Shown here: positions 37,701 to 52,700 of the stretch, one piece after another
Position numbering within the stretch: the stretch's first letter is position 1
Layout: every line of letters begins with the position of its first letter
Origin: Nemertoderma westbladi
Taxonomy: Eukaryota > Animalia > Xenacoelomorpha
Assembly (NCBI GenBank): GCA_032718475.1
Contig: JAUCBJ010001123.1
Coordinates: 38,804-102,803 of the forward strand
Length of the DNA: 64,000 bases
Reading direction: 5' to 3'
Position numbers and translations under genes: made by a program
Notes under the pieces: generated by a model
Seen by the model: the letters and a program-made list of their open reading frames with translations, nothing else
The model's database searches: none
Told to the model about the DNA's origin: nothing

Positions 37701-40700
37701 AATTGAAATTTAGTTATTGCATACGGAATAGCCATACAACTGTGAAAGTGAAAGTTAGTTATTTCATACGGAATAGCCATACAACTGTGAAAGTGAAAGT
37801 TAGTTATTGCATACGGAATAGCCATACAACTGTGAAAGTGAAAGTTAGTTATTTCATACGGAATAGCCATACAACTGTGAAAGTGAAAGTTAGTTATTGC
37901 ATACGGAATAGCCATACAACTGTGAAAGTGAAAGTTAGTTATTTCATACGGAATAGCCATACAACTGTGAAAGTGAAAGTTAGTTATTGCATACGGAATA
38001 GCCATACAACTGTGAAAGTGAAAGTTAGTTATTTCATACGGAATAGCCATACAACTGTGAAAGTGAAAGTTAGTTATTACATACGGAATAGCCATACAAC
38101 TGTGAAAGTGAAAGTTAGTTATTGCATACGGAATAGCCATACAACTCTGAAAGTGAAAGTTAGTTATTGCATACGGAATAGCCATACATACAATTCTGAA
38201 AGTGAAAGTTAGTTATTGCATACGGAATAGCCATACAACTGTGAAAGTGAAAGTTAGTTATTTCATACGGAATAGCCATACAACTGTGAAAGTGAAAGTT
38301 AGTTATTGCATACGGAATAGCCATACAACTGTGAAAGTGAAAGTTAGTTATTTCATACGGAATAGCCATACAACTGTGAAAGTGAAAGTTAGTTATTGCA
38401 TACGGAATAGCCATACAACTGTGAAAGTGAAAGTTAGTTATTTCATACGGAATAGCCATACAACTGTGAAAGTGAAAGTTAGTTATTACATACGGAATAG
38501 CCATACAACTGTGAAAGTGAAAGTTAGTTATTGCATACGGAATAGCCATACATACAATTCTGAAAGTGAAAGTTAGTTATTGCATACGGAATAGCCATAC
38601 AACTGTGAAAGTGAAAGTTAGTTATTGCATACGGAATAGCCATACAACTGTGAAAGTGAAAGTTAGTTATTGCATACGGAATAGCCATACAACTCTGAAA
38701 GTGAAAGTTAGTTATTGCATACGGAATAGCCATACATACAATTCTGAAAGTGAAAGTTAGTTATTGCATACGGAATAGCCATACAACTGTGAAAGTGAAA
38801 GTTAGTTATTTCATACGGAATAGCCATACAACTGTGAAAGTGAAAGTTAGTTATTGCATACGGAATAGCCATACAACTGTGAAAGTGAAAGTTAGTTATT
38901 TCATACGGAATAGCCATACAACTGTGAAAGTGAAAGTTAGTTATTGCATACGGAATAGCCATACAACTGTGAAAGTGAAAGTTAGTTATTTCATACGGAA
39001 TAGCCATACAACTGTGAAAGTGAAAGTTAGTTATTGCATACGGAATAGCCATACAACTGTGAAAGTGAAAGTTAGTTATTTCATACGGAATAGCCATACA
39101 ACTGTGAAAGTGAAAGTTAGTTATTGCATACGGAATAGCCATACAACTGTGAAAGTGAAAGTTAGTTATTGCATACGGAATAGCCATACAACTGTGAAAG
39201 AGAAAGTTAGTTATTGCATACGGAATAGCCATACAACTGTGAAAGTGAAAGTTAGTTATTGCATACGGAATAGCCATACAACTGTGAAAGTGAAAGTTCG
39301 TTATTGCATACGGAATAGCCATACAACTGTGAAAGTGAAAGTTAGTTATTTCATACGGAATAGCCATACAACTGTGAAAGAGAAAGTTAGTTATTGCATA
39401 CGGAATAGCCATACAACTGTGAAAGTGAAAGTTAGTTATTGCATACGGAATAGCCATACAACTGTGAAAGTGAAAGTTAGTTATTGCATACGGAATAGCC
39501 ATACAACTGTGAAAGTGAAAGTTAGTTATTGAATACGGAATAGCCATACAACTGTGAAAGTGAAAGTTAGTTATTTCATACGGAATAGCCATACAACTGT
39601 GAAAGAGAAAGTTAGTTATTGCATACGGAATAGCCATACAACTGTGAAAGTGAAAGTTAGTTATTGAATACGGAATAGCCATACAACTGTGAAAGAGAAA
39701 GTTAGTTATTGCATACGGAATAGCCATACAACTGTGAAAGAGAAAGTTAGTTATTGCATACGGAATAGCCATACAACTGTGAAAGTGAAAGTTAGTTATT
39801 GCATACGGAATAGCCATACAACTGTGAAAGTGAAAGTTAGTTATTGAATACGGAATAGCCATACAACTCTGAAAGTGAAAGTTAGTTATTGCATACGGAA
39901 TAGCCATACAACTGTGAAAGTGAAAGTTAGTTATTTCATACGGAATAGCCATACAACTGTGAAAGAGAAAGTTAGTTATTGCATACGGAATAGCCATACA
40001 ACTGTGAAAGTGAAAGTTAGTTATTGCATACGGAATAGCCATACAACTGTGAAAGTGAAAGTTAGTTATTGCAATGGAATAGCCATACAACTGTGAAATT
40101 GAAATTTAGTTATTGCATACGGAATAGCCATACAACTGTGAAAGTGAAAGTTAGTTATTTCATACGGAATAGCCATACAACTGTGAAAGTGAAAGTTAGT
40201 TATTGCATACGGAATAGCCATACAACTGTGAAAGTGAAAGTTAGTTATTTCATACGGAATAGCCATACAACTGTGAAAGTGAAAGTTAGTTATTGCATAC
40301 GGAATAGCCATACAACTGTGAAAGTGAAAGTTAGTTATTTCATACGGAATAGCCATACAACTGTGAAAGTGAAAGTTAGTTATTGCATACGGAATAGCCA
40401 TACAACTGTGAAAGTGAAAGTTAGTTATTTCATACGGAATAGCCATACAACTGTGAAAGTGAAAGTTAGTTATTACATACGGAATAGCCATACAACTGTG
40501 AAAGTGAAAGTTAGTTATTGCATACGGAATAGCCATACAACTCTGAAAGTGAAAGTTAGTTATTGCATACGGAATAGCCAGACATACAATTCTGAAAGTG
40601 AAAGTTAGTTATTGCATACGGAATAGCCATACAACTGTGAAAGTGAAAGTTAGTTATTGCATACGGAATAGCCATACAACTGTGAAAGTGAAAGTTAGTT

Positions 40701-43700
40701 ATTGCATACGGAATAGCCATACAACTCTGAAAGTGAAAGTTAGTTATTGCATACGGAATAGCCATACATACAATTCTGAAAGTGAAAGTTAGTTATTGCA
40801 TACGGAATAGCCATACAACTGTGAAAGTGAAAGTTAGTTATTTCATACGGAATAGCCATACAACTGTGAAAGTGAAAGTTAGTTATTGCATACGGAATAG
40901 CCATACAACTGTGAAAGTGAAAGTTAGTTATTTCATACGGAATAGCCATACAACTGTGAAAGTGAAAGTTAGTTATTGCATACGGAATAGCCATACAACT
41001 GTGAAAGTGAAAGTTAGTTATTTCATACGGAATAGCCATACAACTGTGAAAGTGAAAGTTAGTTATTGCATACGGAATAGCCATACAACTGTGAAAGTGA
41101 AAGTTAGTTATTTCATACGGAATAGCCATACAACTGTGAAAGTGAAAGTTAGTTATTGCATACGGAATAGCCATACAACTGTGAAAGTGAAAGTTAGTTA
41201 TTTCATACGGAATAGCCATACAACTGTGAAAGTGAAAGTTAGTTATTGCATACGGAATAGCCATACAACTGTGAAAGTGAAAGTTAGTTATTACATACGG
41301 AATAGCCATACAACTGTGAAAGTGAAAGTTAGTTATTGCATACGGAATAGCCATACAACTGTGAAAGTGAAAGTTAGTTATTGCATACGGAATAGCCATA
41401 CAACTCTGAAAGTGAAAGTTAGTTATTGCATACGGAATAGCCATACATACAATTCTGAAAGTGAAAGTTAGTTATTGCATACGGAATAGCCATACAACTG
41501 TGAAAGTGAAAGTTAGTTATTGCATACGGAATAGCCATACAACTCTGAAAGTGAAAGTTAGTTATTGCATACGGAATAGCCATACAACTGTGAAAGTGAA
41601 AGTTACTTATTACATACGGAATAGCCATACAACTGTGAAAGTGAAAGTTAGTTATTGCATACGGAATAGCCATACAACTCTGAAAGTGAAAGTTAGTTAT
41701 TGCATACGGAATAGCCATACATACAATTCTGAAAGTGAAAGTTAGTTATTGCATACGGAATAGCCATACAACTGTGAAAGTGAAAGTTAGTTATTGCATA
41801 CGGAATAGCCATACAACTGTGAAAGTGAAAGTTAGTTATTGCATACGGAATAGCCATACAACTGTGAAAGTGAAAGTTAGTTATTGCATACGGAATAGCC
41901 ATACAACTGTGAAAGAGAAAGTTAGTTATTGCATACGGAATAGCCATACAACTGTGAAAGTGAAAGTTCGTTATTGCATACGGAATAGCCATACAACTGT
42001 GAAAGTGAAAGTTAGTTATTTCATACGGAATAGCCATACAACTGTGAAAGAGAAAGTTAGTTATTGCATACGGAATAGCCATACAACTGTGAAAGTGAAA
42101 GTTAGTTATTGCATACGGAATAGCCATACAACTGTGAAAGTGAAAGTTAGTTATTGAATACGGAATAGCCATACAACTCTGAAAGTGAAAGTTAGTTATT
42201 GCATACGGAATAGCCATACAACTGTGAAAGTGAAAGTTAGTTATTTCATACGGAATAGCCATACAACTGTGAAAGAGAAAGTTAGTTATTGCATACGGAA
42301 TAGCCATACAACTGTGAAAGTGAAAGTTAGTTATTGCATACGGAATAGCCATACAACTGTGAAAGTGAAAGTTAGTTATTTCATACGGAATAGCCATACA
42401 ACTGTGAAAGTGAAAGTTAGTTATTGCATACGGAATAGCCATACAACTGTGAAAGTGAAAGTTAGTTATTTCATACGGAATAGCCATACAACTGTGAAAG
42501 TGAAAGTTAGTTATTGCATACGGAATAGCCATACAACTGTGAAAGTGAAAGTTAGTTATTGAATACGGAATAGCCATACAACTCTGAAAGTGAAAGTTAG
42601 TTATTGCATACGGAATAGCCATACAACTGTGAAAGAGAAAGTTAGTTATTGCATACGGAATAGCCATACAACTGTGAAAGTGAAAGTTAGTTATTGCATA
42701 CGGAATAGCCATACAACTGTGAAAGTGAAAGTTAGTTATTGAATACGGAATAGCCATACAACTCTGAAAGTGAAAGTTAGTTATTGCATACGGAATAGCC
42801 ATACAACTGTGAAAGTGAAAGTTAGTTATTGCATACGGAATAGCCATACAACTGTGAAAGTGAAAGTTAGTTATTGCATACGGAATAGCCATACAACTGT
42901 GAAAGAGAAAGTTAGTTATTGCATACGGAATAGCCATACAACTGTGAAAGAGAAAGTTAGTTATTGCATACGGAATAGCCATACAACTGTGAAAGTGAAA
43001 GTTAGTTATTGAATACGGAATAGCCATACAACTCTGAAAGTGAAAGTTAGTTATTGCATACGGAATAGCCATACAACTGTGAAAGTGAAAGTTAGTTATT
43101 TCATACGGAATAGCCATACAACTGTGAAAGAGAAAGTTAGTTATTGCATACGGAATAGCCATACAACTGTGAAAGTGAAAGTTAGTTATTGCATACGGAA
43201 TAGCCATACAACTGTGAAAGTGAAAGTTAGTTATTGCAATGGAATAGCCATACAACTGTGAAATTGAAATTTAGTTATTGCATACGGAATAGCCATACAA
43301 CTGTGAAAGTGAAAGTTAGTTATTTCATACGGAATAGCCATACAACTGTGAAAGTGAAAGTTAGTTATTGCATACGGAATAGCCATACAACTGTGAAAGT
43401 GAAAGTTAGTTATTTCATACGGAATAGCCATACAACTGTGAAAGTGAAAGTTAGTTATTGCATACGGAATAGCCATACAACTGTGAAAGTGAAAGTTAGT
43501 TATTTCATACGGAATAGCCATACAACTGTGAAAGTGAAAGTTAGTTATTGCATACGGAATAGCCATACAACTGTGAAAGTGAAAGTTAGTTATTTCATAC
43601 GGAATAGCCATACAACTGTGAAAGTGAAAGTTAGTTATTACATACGGAATAGCCATACAACTGTGAAAGTGAAAGTTAGTTATTGCATACGGAATAGCCA

Positions 43701-46700
43701 TACAACTCTGAAAGTGAAAGTTAGTTATTGCATACGGAATAGCCATACATACAATTCTGAAAGTGAAAGTTAGTTATTGCATACGGAATAGCCATACAAC
43801 TGTGAAAGTGAAAGTTAGTTATTTCATACGGAATAGCCATACAACTGTGAAAGTGAAAGTTAGTTATTGCATACGGAATAGCCATATAACTGTGAAAGTG
43901 AAAGTTAGTTATTTCATACGGAATAGCCATACAACTGTGAAAGTGAAAGTTAGTTATTGCATACGGAATAGCCATACAACTGTGAAAGTGAAAGTTAGTT
44001 ATTTCATACGGAATAGCCATACAACTGTGAAAGTGAAAGTTAGTTATTACATACGGAATAGCCATACAACTGTGAAAGTGAAAGTTAGTTATTGCATACG
44101 GAATAGCCATACATACAATTCTGAAAGTGAAAGTTAGTTATTGCATACGGAATAGCCATACAACTGTGAAAGTGAAAGTTAGTTATTGCATACGGAATAG
44201 CCATACAACTGTGAAAGTGAAAGTTAGTTATTGCATACGGAATAGCCATACAACTCTGAAAGTGAAAGTTAGTTATTGCATACGGAATAGCCATACATAC
44301 AATTCTGAAAGTGAAAGTTAGTTATTGCATACGGAATAGCCATACAACTGTGAAAGTGAAAGTTAGTTATTTCATACGGAATAGCCATACAACTGTGAAA
44401 GTGAAAGTTAGTTATTGCATACGGAATAGCCATACAACTGTGAAAGTGAAAGTTAGTTATTTCATACGGAATAGCCATACAACTGTGAAAGTGAAAGTTA
44501 GTTATTGCATACGGAATAGCCATACAACTGTGAAAGTGAAAGTTAGTTATTTCATACGGAATAGCCATACAACTGTGAAAGTGAAAGTTAGTTATTTCAT
44601 ACGGAATAGCCATACAACTGTGAAAGAGAAAGTTAGTTATTGCATACGGAATAGCCATACAACTGTGAAAGTGAAAGTTAGTTATTGCATACGGAATAGC
44701 CATACAACTGTGAAAGTGAAAGTTAGTTATTGCATACGGAATAGCCATACAACTGTGAAAGTGAAAGTTAGTTATTGAATACGGAATAGCCATACAACTG
44801 TGAAAGTGAAAGTTAGTTATTTCATACGGAATAGCCATACAACTGTGAAAGAGAAAGTTAGTTATTGCATACGGAATAGCCATACAACTGTGAAAGTGAA
44901 AGTTAGTTATTGAATACGGAATAGCCATACAACTGTGAAAGAGAAAGTTAGTTATTGCATACGGAATAGCCATACAACTGTGAAAGAGAAAGTTAGTTAT
45001 TGCATACGGAATAGCCATACAACTGTGAAAGTGAAAGTTAGTTATTGCATACGGAATAGCCATACAACTGTGAAAGTGAAAGTTAGTTATTGAATACGGA
45101 ATAGCCATACAACTCTGAAAGTGAAAGTTAGTTATTGCATACGGAATAGCCATACAACTGTGAAAGTGAAAGTTAGTTATTTCATACGGAATAGCCATAC
45201 AACTGTGAAAGAGAAAGTTAGTTATTGCATACGGAATAGCCATACAACTGTGAAAGTGAAAGTTAGTTATTGCATACGGAATAGCCATACAACTGTGAAA
45301 GTGAAAGTTAGTTATTGCAATGGAATAGCCATACAACTGTGAAATTGAAATTTAGTTATTGCATACGGAATAGCCATACAACTGTGAAAGTGAAAGTTAG
45401 TTATTTCATACGGAATAGCCATACAACTGTGAAAGTGAAAGTTAGTTATTGCATACGGAATAGCCATACAACTGTGAAAGTGAAAGTTAGTTATTTCATA
45501 CGGAATAGCCATACAACTGTGAAAGTGAAAGTTAGTTATTGCATACGGAATAGCCATACAACTGTGAAAGTGAAAGTTAGTTATTTCATACGGAATAGCC
45601 ATACAACTGTGAAAGTGAAAGTTAGTTATTGCATACGGAATAGCCATACAACTGTGAAAGTGAAAGTTAGTTATTTCATACGGAATAGCCATACAACTGT
45701 GAAAGTGAAAGTTAGTTATTACATACGGAATAGCCATACAACTGTGAAAGTGAAAGTTAGTTATTGCATACGGAATAGCCATACAACTCTGAAAGTGAAA
45801 GTTAGTTATTGCATACGGAATAGCCATACATACAATTCTGAAAGTGAAAGTTAGTTATTGCATACGGAATAGCCATACAACTGTGAAAGTGAAAGTTAGT
45901 TATTGCATACGGAATAGCCATACAACTGTGAAAGTGAAAGTTAGTTATTGCATACGGAATAGCCATACAACTCTGAAAGTGAAAGTTAGTTATTGCATAC
46001 GGAATAGCCATACATACAATTCTGAAAGTGAAAGTTAGTTATTGCATACGGAATAGCCATACAACTGTGAAAGTGAAAGTTAGTTATTTCATACGGAATA
46101 GCCATACAACTGTGAAAGTGAAAGTTAGTTATTGCATACGGAATAGCCATACAACTGTGAAAGTGAAAGTTAGTTATTTCATACGGAATAGCCATACAAC
46201 TGTGAAAGTGAAAGTTAGTTATTGCATACGGAATAGCCATACAACTGTGAAAGTGAAAGTTAGTTATTTCATACGGAATAGCCATACAACTGTGAAAGTG
46301 AAAGTTAGTTATTGCATACGGAATAGCCATACAACTGTGAAAGTGAAAGTTAGTTATTTCATACGGAATAGCCATACAACTGTGAAAGTGAAAGTTAGTT
46401 ATTGCATACGGAATAGCCATACAACTGTGAAAGTGAAAGTTAGTTATTTCATACGGAATAGCCATACAACTGTGAAAGTGAAAGTTAGTTATTGCATACG
46501 GAATAGCCATACAACTGTGAAAGTGAAAGTTAGTTATTACATACGGAATAGCCATACAACTGTGAAAGTGAAAGTTAGTTATTGCATACGGAATAGCCAT
46601 ACAACTGTGAAAGTGAAAGTTAGTTATTGCATACGGAATAGCCATACAACTCTGAAAGTGAAAGTTAGTTATTGCATACGGAATAGCCATACATACAATT

Positions 46701-49700
46701 CTGAAAGTGAAAGTTAGTTATTGCATACGGAATAGCCATACAACTGTGAAAGTGAAAGTTAGTTATTGCATACGGAATAGCCATACAACTCTGAAAGTGA
46801 AAGTTAGTTATTGCATACGGAATAGCCATACAACTGTGAAAGTGAAAGTTACTTATTACATACGGAATAGCCATACAACTGTGAAAGTGAAAGTTAGTTA
46901 TTGCATACGGAATAGCCATACAACTCTGAAAGTGAAAGTTAGTTATTGCATACGGAATAGCCATACATACAATTCTGAAAGTGAAAGTTAGTTATTGCAT
47001 ACGGAATAGCCATACAACTGTGAAAGTGAAAGTTAGTTATTGCATACGGAATAGCCATACAACTGTGAAAGTGAAAGTTAGTTATTGCATACGGAATAGC
47101 CATACAACTGTGAAAGTGAAAGTTAGTTATTGCATACGGAATAGCCATACAACTGTGAAAGAGAAAGTTAGTTATTGCATACGGAATAGCCATACAACTG
47201 TGAAAGTGAAAGTTCGTTATTGCATACGGAATAGCCATACAACTGTGAAAGTGAAAGTTAGTTATTTCATACGGAATAGCCATACAACTGTGAAAGAGAA
47301 AGTTAGTTATTGCATACGGAATAGCCATACAACTGTGAAAGTGAAAGTTAGTTATTGCATACGGAATAGCCATACAACTGTGAAAGTGAAAGTTAGTTAT
47401 TGAATACGGAATAGCCATACAACTCTGAAAGTGAAAGTTAGTTATTGCATACGGAATAGCCATACAACTGTGAAAGTGAAAGTTAGTTATTTCATACGGA
47501 ATAGCCATACAACTGTGAAAGAGAAAGTTAGTTATTGCATACGGAATAGCCATACAACTGTGAAAGTGAAAGTTAGTTATTGCATACGGAATAGCCATAC
47601 AACTGTGAAAGTGAAAGTTAGTTATTTCATACGGAATAGCCATACAACTGTGAAAGTGAAAGTTAGTTATTGCATACGGAATAGCCATACAACTGTGAAA
47701 GTGAAAGTTAGTTATTTCATACGGAATAGCCATACAACTGTGAAAGTGAAAGTTAGTTATTGCATACGGAATAGCCATACAACTGTGAAAGTGAAAGTTA
47801 GTTATTTCATACGGAATAGCCATACAACTGTGAAAGTGAAAGTTAGTTATTTCATACGGAATAGCCATACAACTGTGAAAGTGAAAGTTAGTTATTGCAT
47901 ACGGAATAGCCATACAACTGTGAAAGTGAAAGTTAGTTATTTCATACGGAATAGCCATACAACTGTGAAAGTGAAAGTTAGTTATTACATACGGAATAGC
48001 CATACAACTGTGAAAGTGAAAGTTAGTTATTGCATACGGAATAGCCATACAACTCTGAAAGTGAAAGTTAGTTATTGCATACGGAATAGCCATACATACA
48101 ATTCTGAAAGTGAAAGTTAGTTATTGCATACGGAATAGCCATACAACTGTGAAAGTGAAAGTTAGTTATTGCATACGGAATAGCCATACAACTGTGAAAG
48201 TGAAAGTTAGTTATTGCATACGGAATAGCCATACAACTCTGAAAGTGAAAGTTAGTTATTGCATACGGAATAGCCATACATACAATTCTGAAAGTGAAAG
48301 TTAGTTATTGCATACGGAATAGCCATACAACTGTGAAAGTGAAAGTTAGTTATTTCATACGGAATAGCCATACAACTGTGAAAGTGAAAGTTAGTTATTG
48401 CATACGGAATAGCCATACAACTGTGAAAGTGAAAGTTAGTTATTTCATACGGAATAGCCATACAACTGTGAAAGTGAAAGTTAGTTATTGCATACGGAAT
48501 AGCCATACAACTGTGAAAGTGAAAGTTAGTTATTTCATACGGAATAGCCATACAACTGTGAAAGTGAAAGTTAGTTATTGCATACGGAATAGCCATACAA
48601 CTGTGAAAGTGAAAGTTAGTTATTTCATACGGAATAGCCATACAACTGTGAAAGTGAAAGTTAGTTATTGCATACGGAATAGCCATACAACTGTGAAAGT
48701 GAAAGTTAGTTATTTCATACGGAATAGCCATACAACTGTGAAAGTGAAAGTTAGTTATTGCATACGGAATAGCCATACAACTGTGAAAGTGAAAGTTAGT
48801 TATTACATACGGAATAGCCATACAACTGTGAAAGTGAAAGTTAGTTATTGCATACGGAATAGCCATACAACTCTGAAAGTGAAAGTTAGTTATTGCATAC
48901 GGAATAGCCATACATACAATTCTGAAAGTGAAAGTTAGTTATTGCATACGGAATAGCCATACAACTGTGAAAGTGAAAGTTAGTTATTGCATACGGAATA
49001 GCCATACAACTCTGAAAGTGAAAGTTAGTTATTGCATACGGAATAGCCATACAACTGTGAAAGTGAAAGTTACTTATTACATACGGAATAGCCATACAAC
49101 TGTGAAAGTGAAAGTTAGTTATTGCATACGGAATAGCCATACAACTCTGAAAGTGAAAGTTAGTTATTGCATACGGAATAGCCATACATACAATTCTGAA
49201 AGTGAAAGTTAGTTATTACATACGGAATAGCCATACAACTGTGAAAGTGAAAGTTAGTTATTTCATACGGAATAGCCATACAACTGTGAAAGTGAAAGTT
49301 AGTTATTGCATACGGAATAGCCATACAACTGTGAAAGTGAAAGTTAGTTATTTCATACGGAATAGCCATACAACTGTGAAAGTGAAAGTTAGTTATTGCA
49401 TACGGAATAGCCATACAACTGTGAAAGTGAAAGTTAGTTATTTCATACGGAATAGCCATACAACTGTGAAAGTGAAAGTTAGTTATTGCATACGGAATAG
49501 CCATACAACTGTGAAAGTGAAAGTTAGTTATTTCATACGGAATAGCCATACAACTGTGAAAGTGAAAGTTAGTTATTGCATACGGAATAGCCATACAACT
49601 GTGAAAGTGAAAGTTAGTTATTTCATACGGAATAGCCATACAACTGTGAAAGTGAAAGTTAGTTATTGCATACGGAATAGCCATACAACTGTGAAAGTGA

Positions 49701-52700
49701 AAGTTAGTTATTACATACGGAATAGCCATACAACTGTGAAAGTGAAAGTTAGTTATTGCATACGGAATAGCCATACAACTGTGAAAGTGAAAGTTAGTTA
49801 TTGCATACGGAATAGCCATACAACTCTGAAAGTGAAAGTTAGTTATTGCATACGGAATAGCCATACATACAATTCTGAAAGTGAAAGTTAGTTATTGCAT
49901 ACAGAATAGCCATACAACTGTGAAAGTGAAAGTTAGTTATTGCATACGGAATAGCCATACAACTCTGAAAGTGAAAGTTAGTTATTGCATACGGAATAGC
50001 CATACAACTGTGAAAGTGAAAGTTACTTATTACATACGGAATAGCCATACAACTGTGAAAGTGAAAGTTAGTTATTGCATACGGAATAGCCATACAACTG
50101 TGAAAGTGAAAGTTAGTTATTTCATACGGAATAGCCATACAACTGTGAAAGTGAAAGTTAGTTATTGCATACGGAATAGCCATACAACTGTGAAATTGAA
50201 AGTTAGTTATTTCATACGGAATAGCCATACAACTGTGAAAGTGAAAGTTAGTTATTTCATACGGAATAGCCATACAACTGTGAAAGTGAAAGTTAGTTAT
50301 TTCATACGGAATAGCCATACATACAATTCTGAAAGTGAAAGTTAGTTATTGCATACGGAATAGCCATACAACTGTGAAAGTGAAAGTTAGTTATTTCATA
50401 CGGAATAGCCATACAACTGTGAAATTGAAAGTTAGTTATTGCATACGGAATAGCCATACATACAATTCTGAAAGTGAAAGTTAGTTATTGCATACGGAAT
50501 AGCCATACAACTGTGAAAGTGAAAGTTAGTTATTGCATACGGAATAGCCATACAACTGTGAAAGTGAAAGTTACTTATTACATACGGAATAGCCATACAA
50601 CTGTGAAAGTGAAAGTTAGTTATTGCATACGGAATAGCCATACAACTCTGAAAGTGAAAGTTAGTTATTGCATACGGAATAGCCATACATACAATTCTGA
50701 AAGTGAAAGTTAGTTATTGCATACGGAATAGCCATACAACTGTGAAAGTGAAAGTTAGTTATTTCATACGGAATAGCCATACAACTGTGAAAGTGAAAGT
50801 TAGTTATTGCATACGGAATAGCCATACAACTGTGAAAGTGAAAGTTAGTTATTTCATACGGAATAGCCATACAACTGTGAAAGTGAAAGTTAGTTATTGC
50901 ATACGGAATAGCCATACAACTGTGAAAGTGAAAGTTAGTTATTTCATACGGAATAGCCATACAACTGTGAAAGTGAAAGTTAGTTATTGCATACGGAATA
51001 GCCATACAACTGTGAAAGTGAAAGTTAGTTATTTCATACGGAATAGCCATACAACTGTGAAAGTGAAAGTTAGTTATTGCATACGGAATAGCCATACAAC
51101 TGTGAAAGTGAAAGTTAGTTATTACATACGGAATAGCCATACAACTGTGAAAGTGAAAGTTAGTTATTGCATACGGAATAGCCATACAACTGTGAAAGTG
51201 AAAGTTAGTTATTGCATACGGAATAGCCATACAACTCTGAAAGTGAAAGTTAGTTATTGCATACGGAATAGCCATACATACAATTCTGAAAGTGAAAGTT
51301 AGTTATTGCATACGGAATAGCCATACAACTGTGAAAGTGAAAGTTAGTTATTGCATACGGAATAGCCATACAACTCTGAAAGTGAAAGTTAGTTATTGCA
51401 TACGGAATAGCCATACAACTGTGAAAGTGAAAGTTACTTATTACATACGGAATAGCCATACAACTGTGAAAGTGAAAGTTAGTTATTGCATACGGAATAG
51501 CCATACAACTCTGAAAGTGAAAGTTAGTTATTGCATACGGAATAGCCATACATACAATTCTGAAAGTGAAAGTTAGTTATTGCATACGGAATAGCCATAC
51601 AACTGTGAAAGTGAAAGTTAGTTATTGCATACGGAATAGCCATACAACTGTGAAAGTGAAAGTTAGTTATTGCATACGGAATAGCCATACAACTGTGAAA
51701 GTGAAAGTTAGTTATTGCATACGGAATAGCCATACAACTGTGAAAGAGAAAGTTAGTTATTGCATACGGAATAGCCATACAACTGTGAAAGTGAAAGTTC
51801 GTTATTGCATACGGAATAGCCATACAACTGTGAAAGTGAAAGTTAGTTATTTCATACGGAATAGCCATACAACTGTGAAAGAGAAAGTTAGTTATTGCAT
51901 ACGGAATAGCCATACAACTGTGAAAGTGAAAGTTAGTTATTGCATACGGAATAGCCATACAACTGTGAAAGTGAAAGTTAGTTATTGCATACGGAATAGC
52001 CATACAACTGTGAAAGTGAAAGTTAGTTATTGCATACGGAATAGCCATACAACTCTGAAAGTGAAAGTTAGTTATTGCATACGGAATAGCCATACATACA
52101 ATTCTGAAAGTGAAAGTTAGTTATTGCATACGGAATAGCCATACAACTGTGAAAGTGAAAGTTAGTTATTGCATACGGAATAGCCATACAACTCTGAAAG
52201 TGAAAGTTAGTTATTGCATACGGAATAGCCATACAACTGTGAAAGTGAAAGTTACTTATTACATACGGAATAGCCATACAACTGTGAAAGTGAAAGTTAG
52301 TTATTGCATACGGAATAGCCATACAACTCTGAAAGTGAAAGTTAGTTATTGCATACGGAATAGCCATACATACAATTCTGAAAGTGAAAGTTAGTTATTG
52401 CATACGGAATAGCCATACAACTGTGAAAGTGAAAGTTAGTTATTGCATACGGAATAGCCATACAACTGTGAAAGTGAAAGTTAGTTATTGCATACGGAAT
52501 AGCCATACAACTGTGAAAGTGAAAGTTAGTTATTGCATACGGAATAGCCATACAACTGTGAAAGAGAAAGTTAGTTATTGCATACGGAATAGCCATACAA
52601 CTGTGAAAGTGAAAGTTCGTTATTGCATACGGAATAGCCATACAACTGTGAAAGTGAAAGTTAGTTATTTCATACGGAATAGCCATACAACTGTGAAAGA

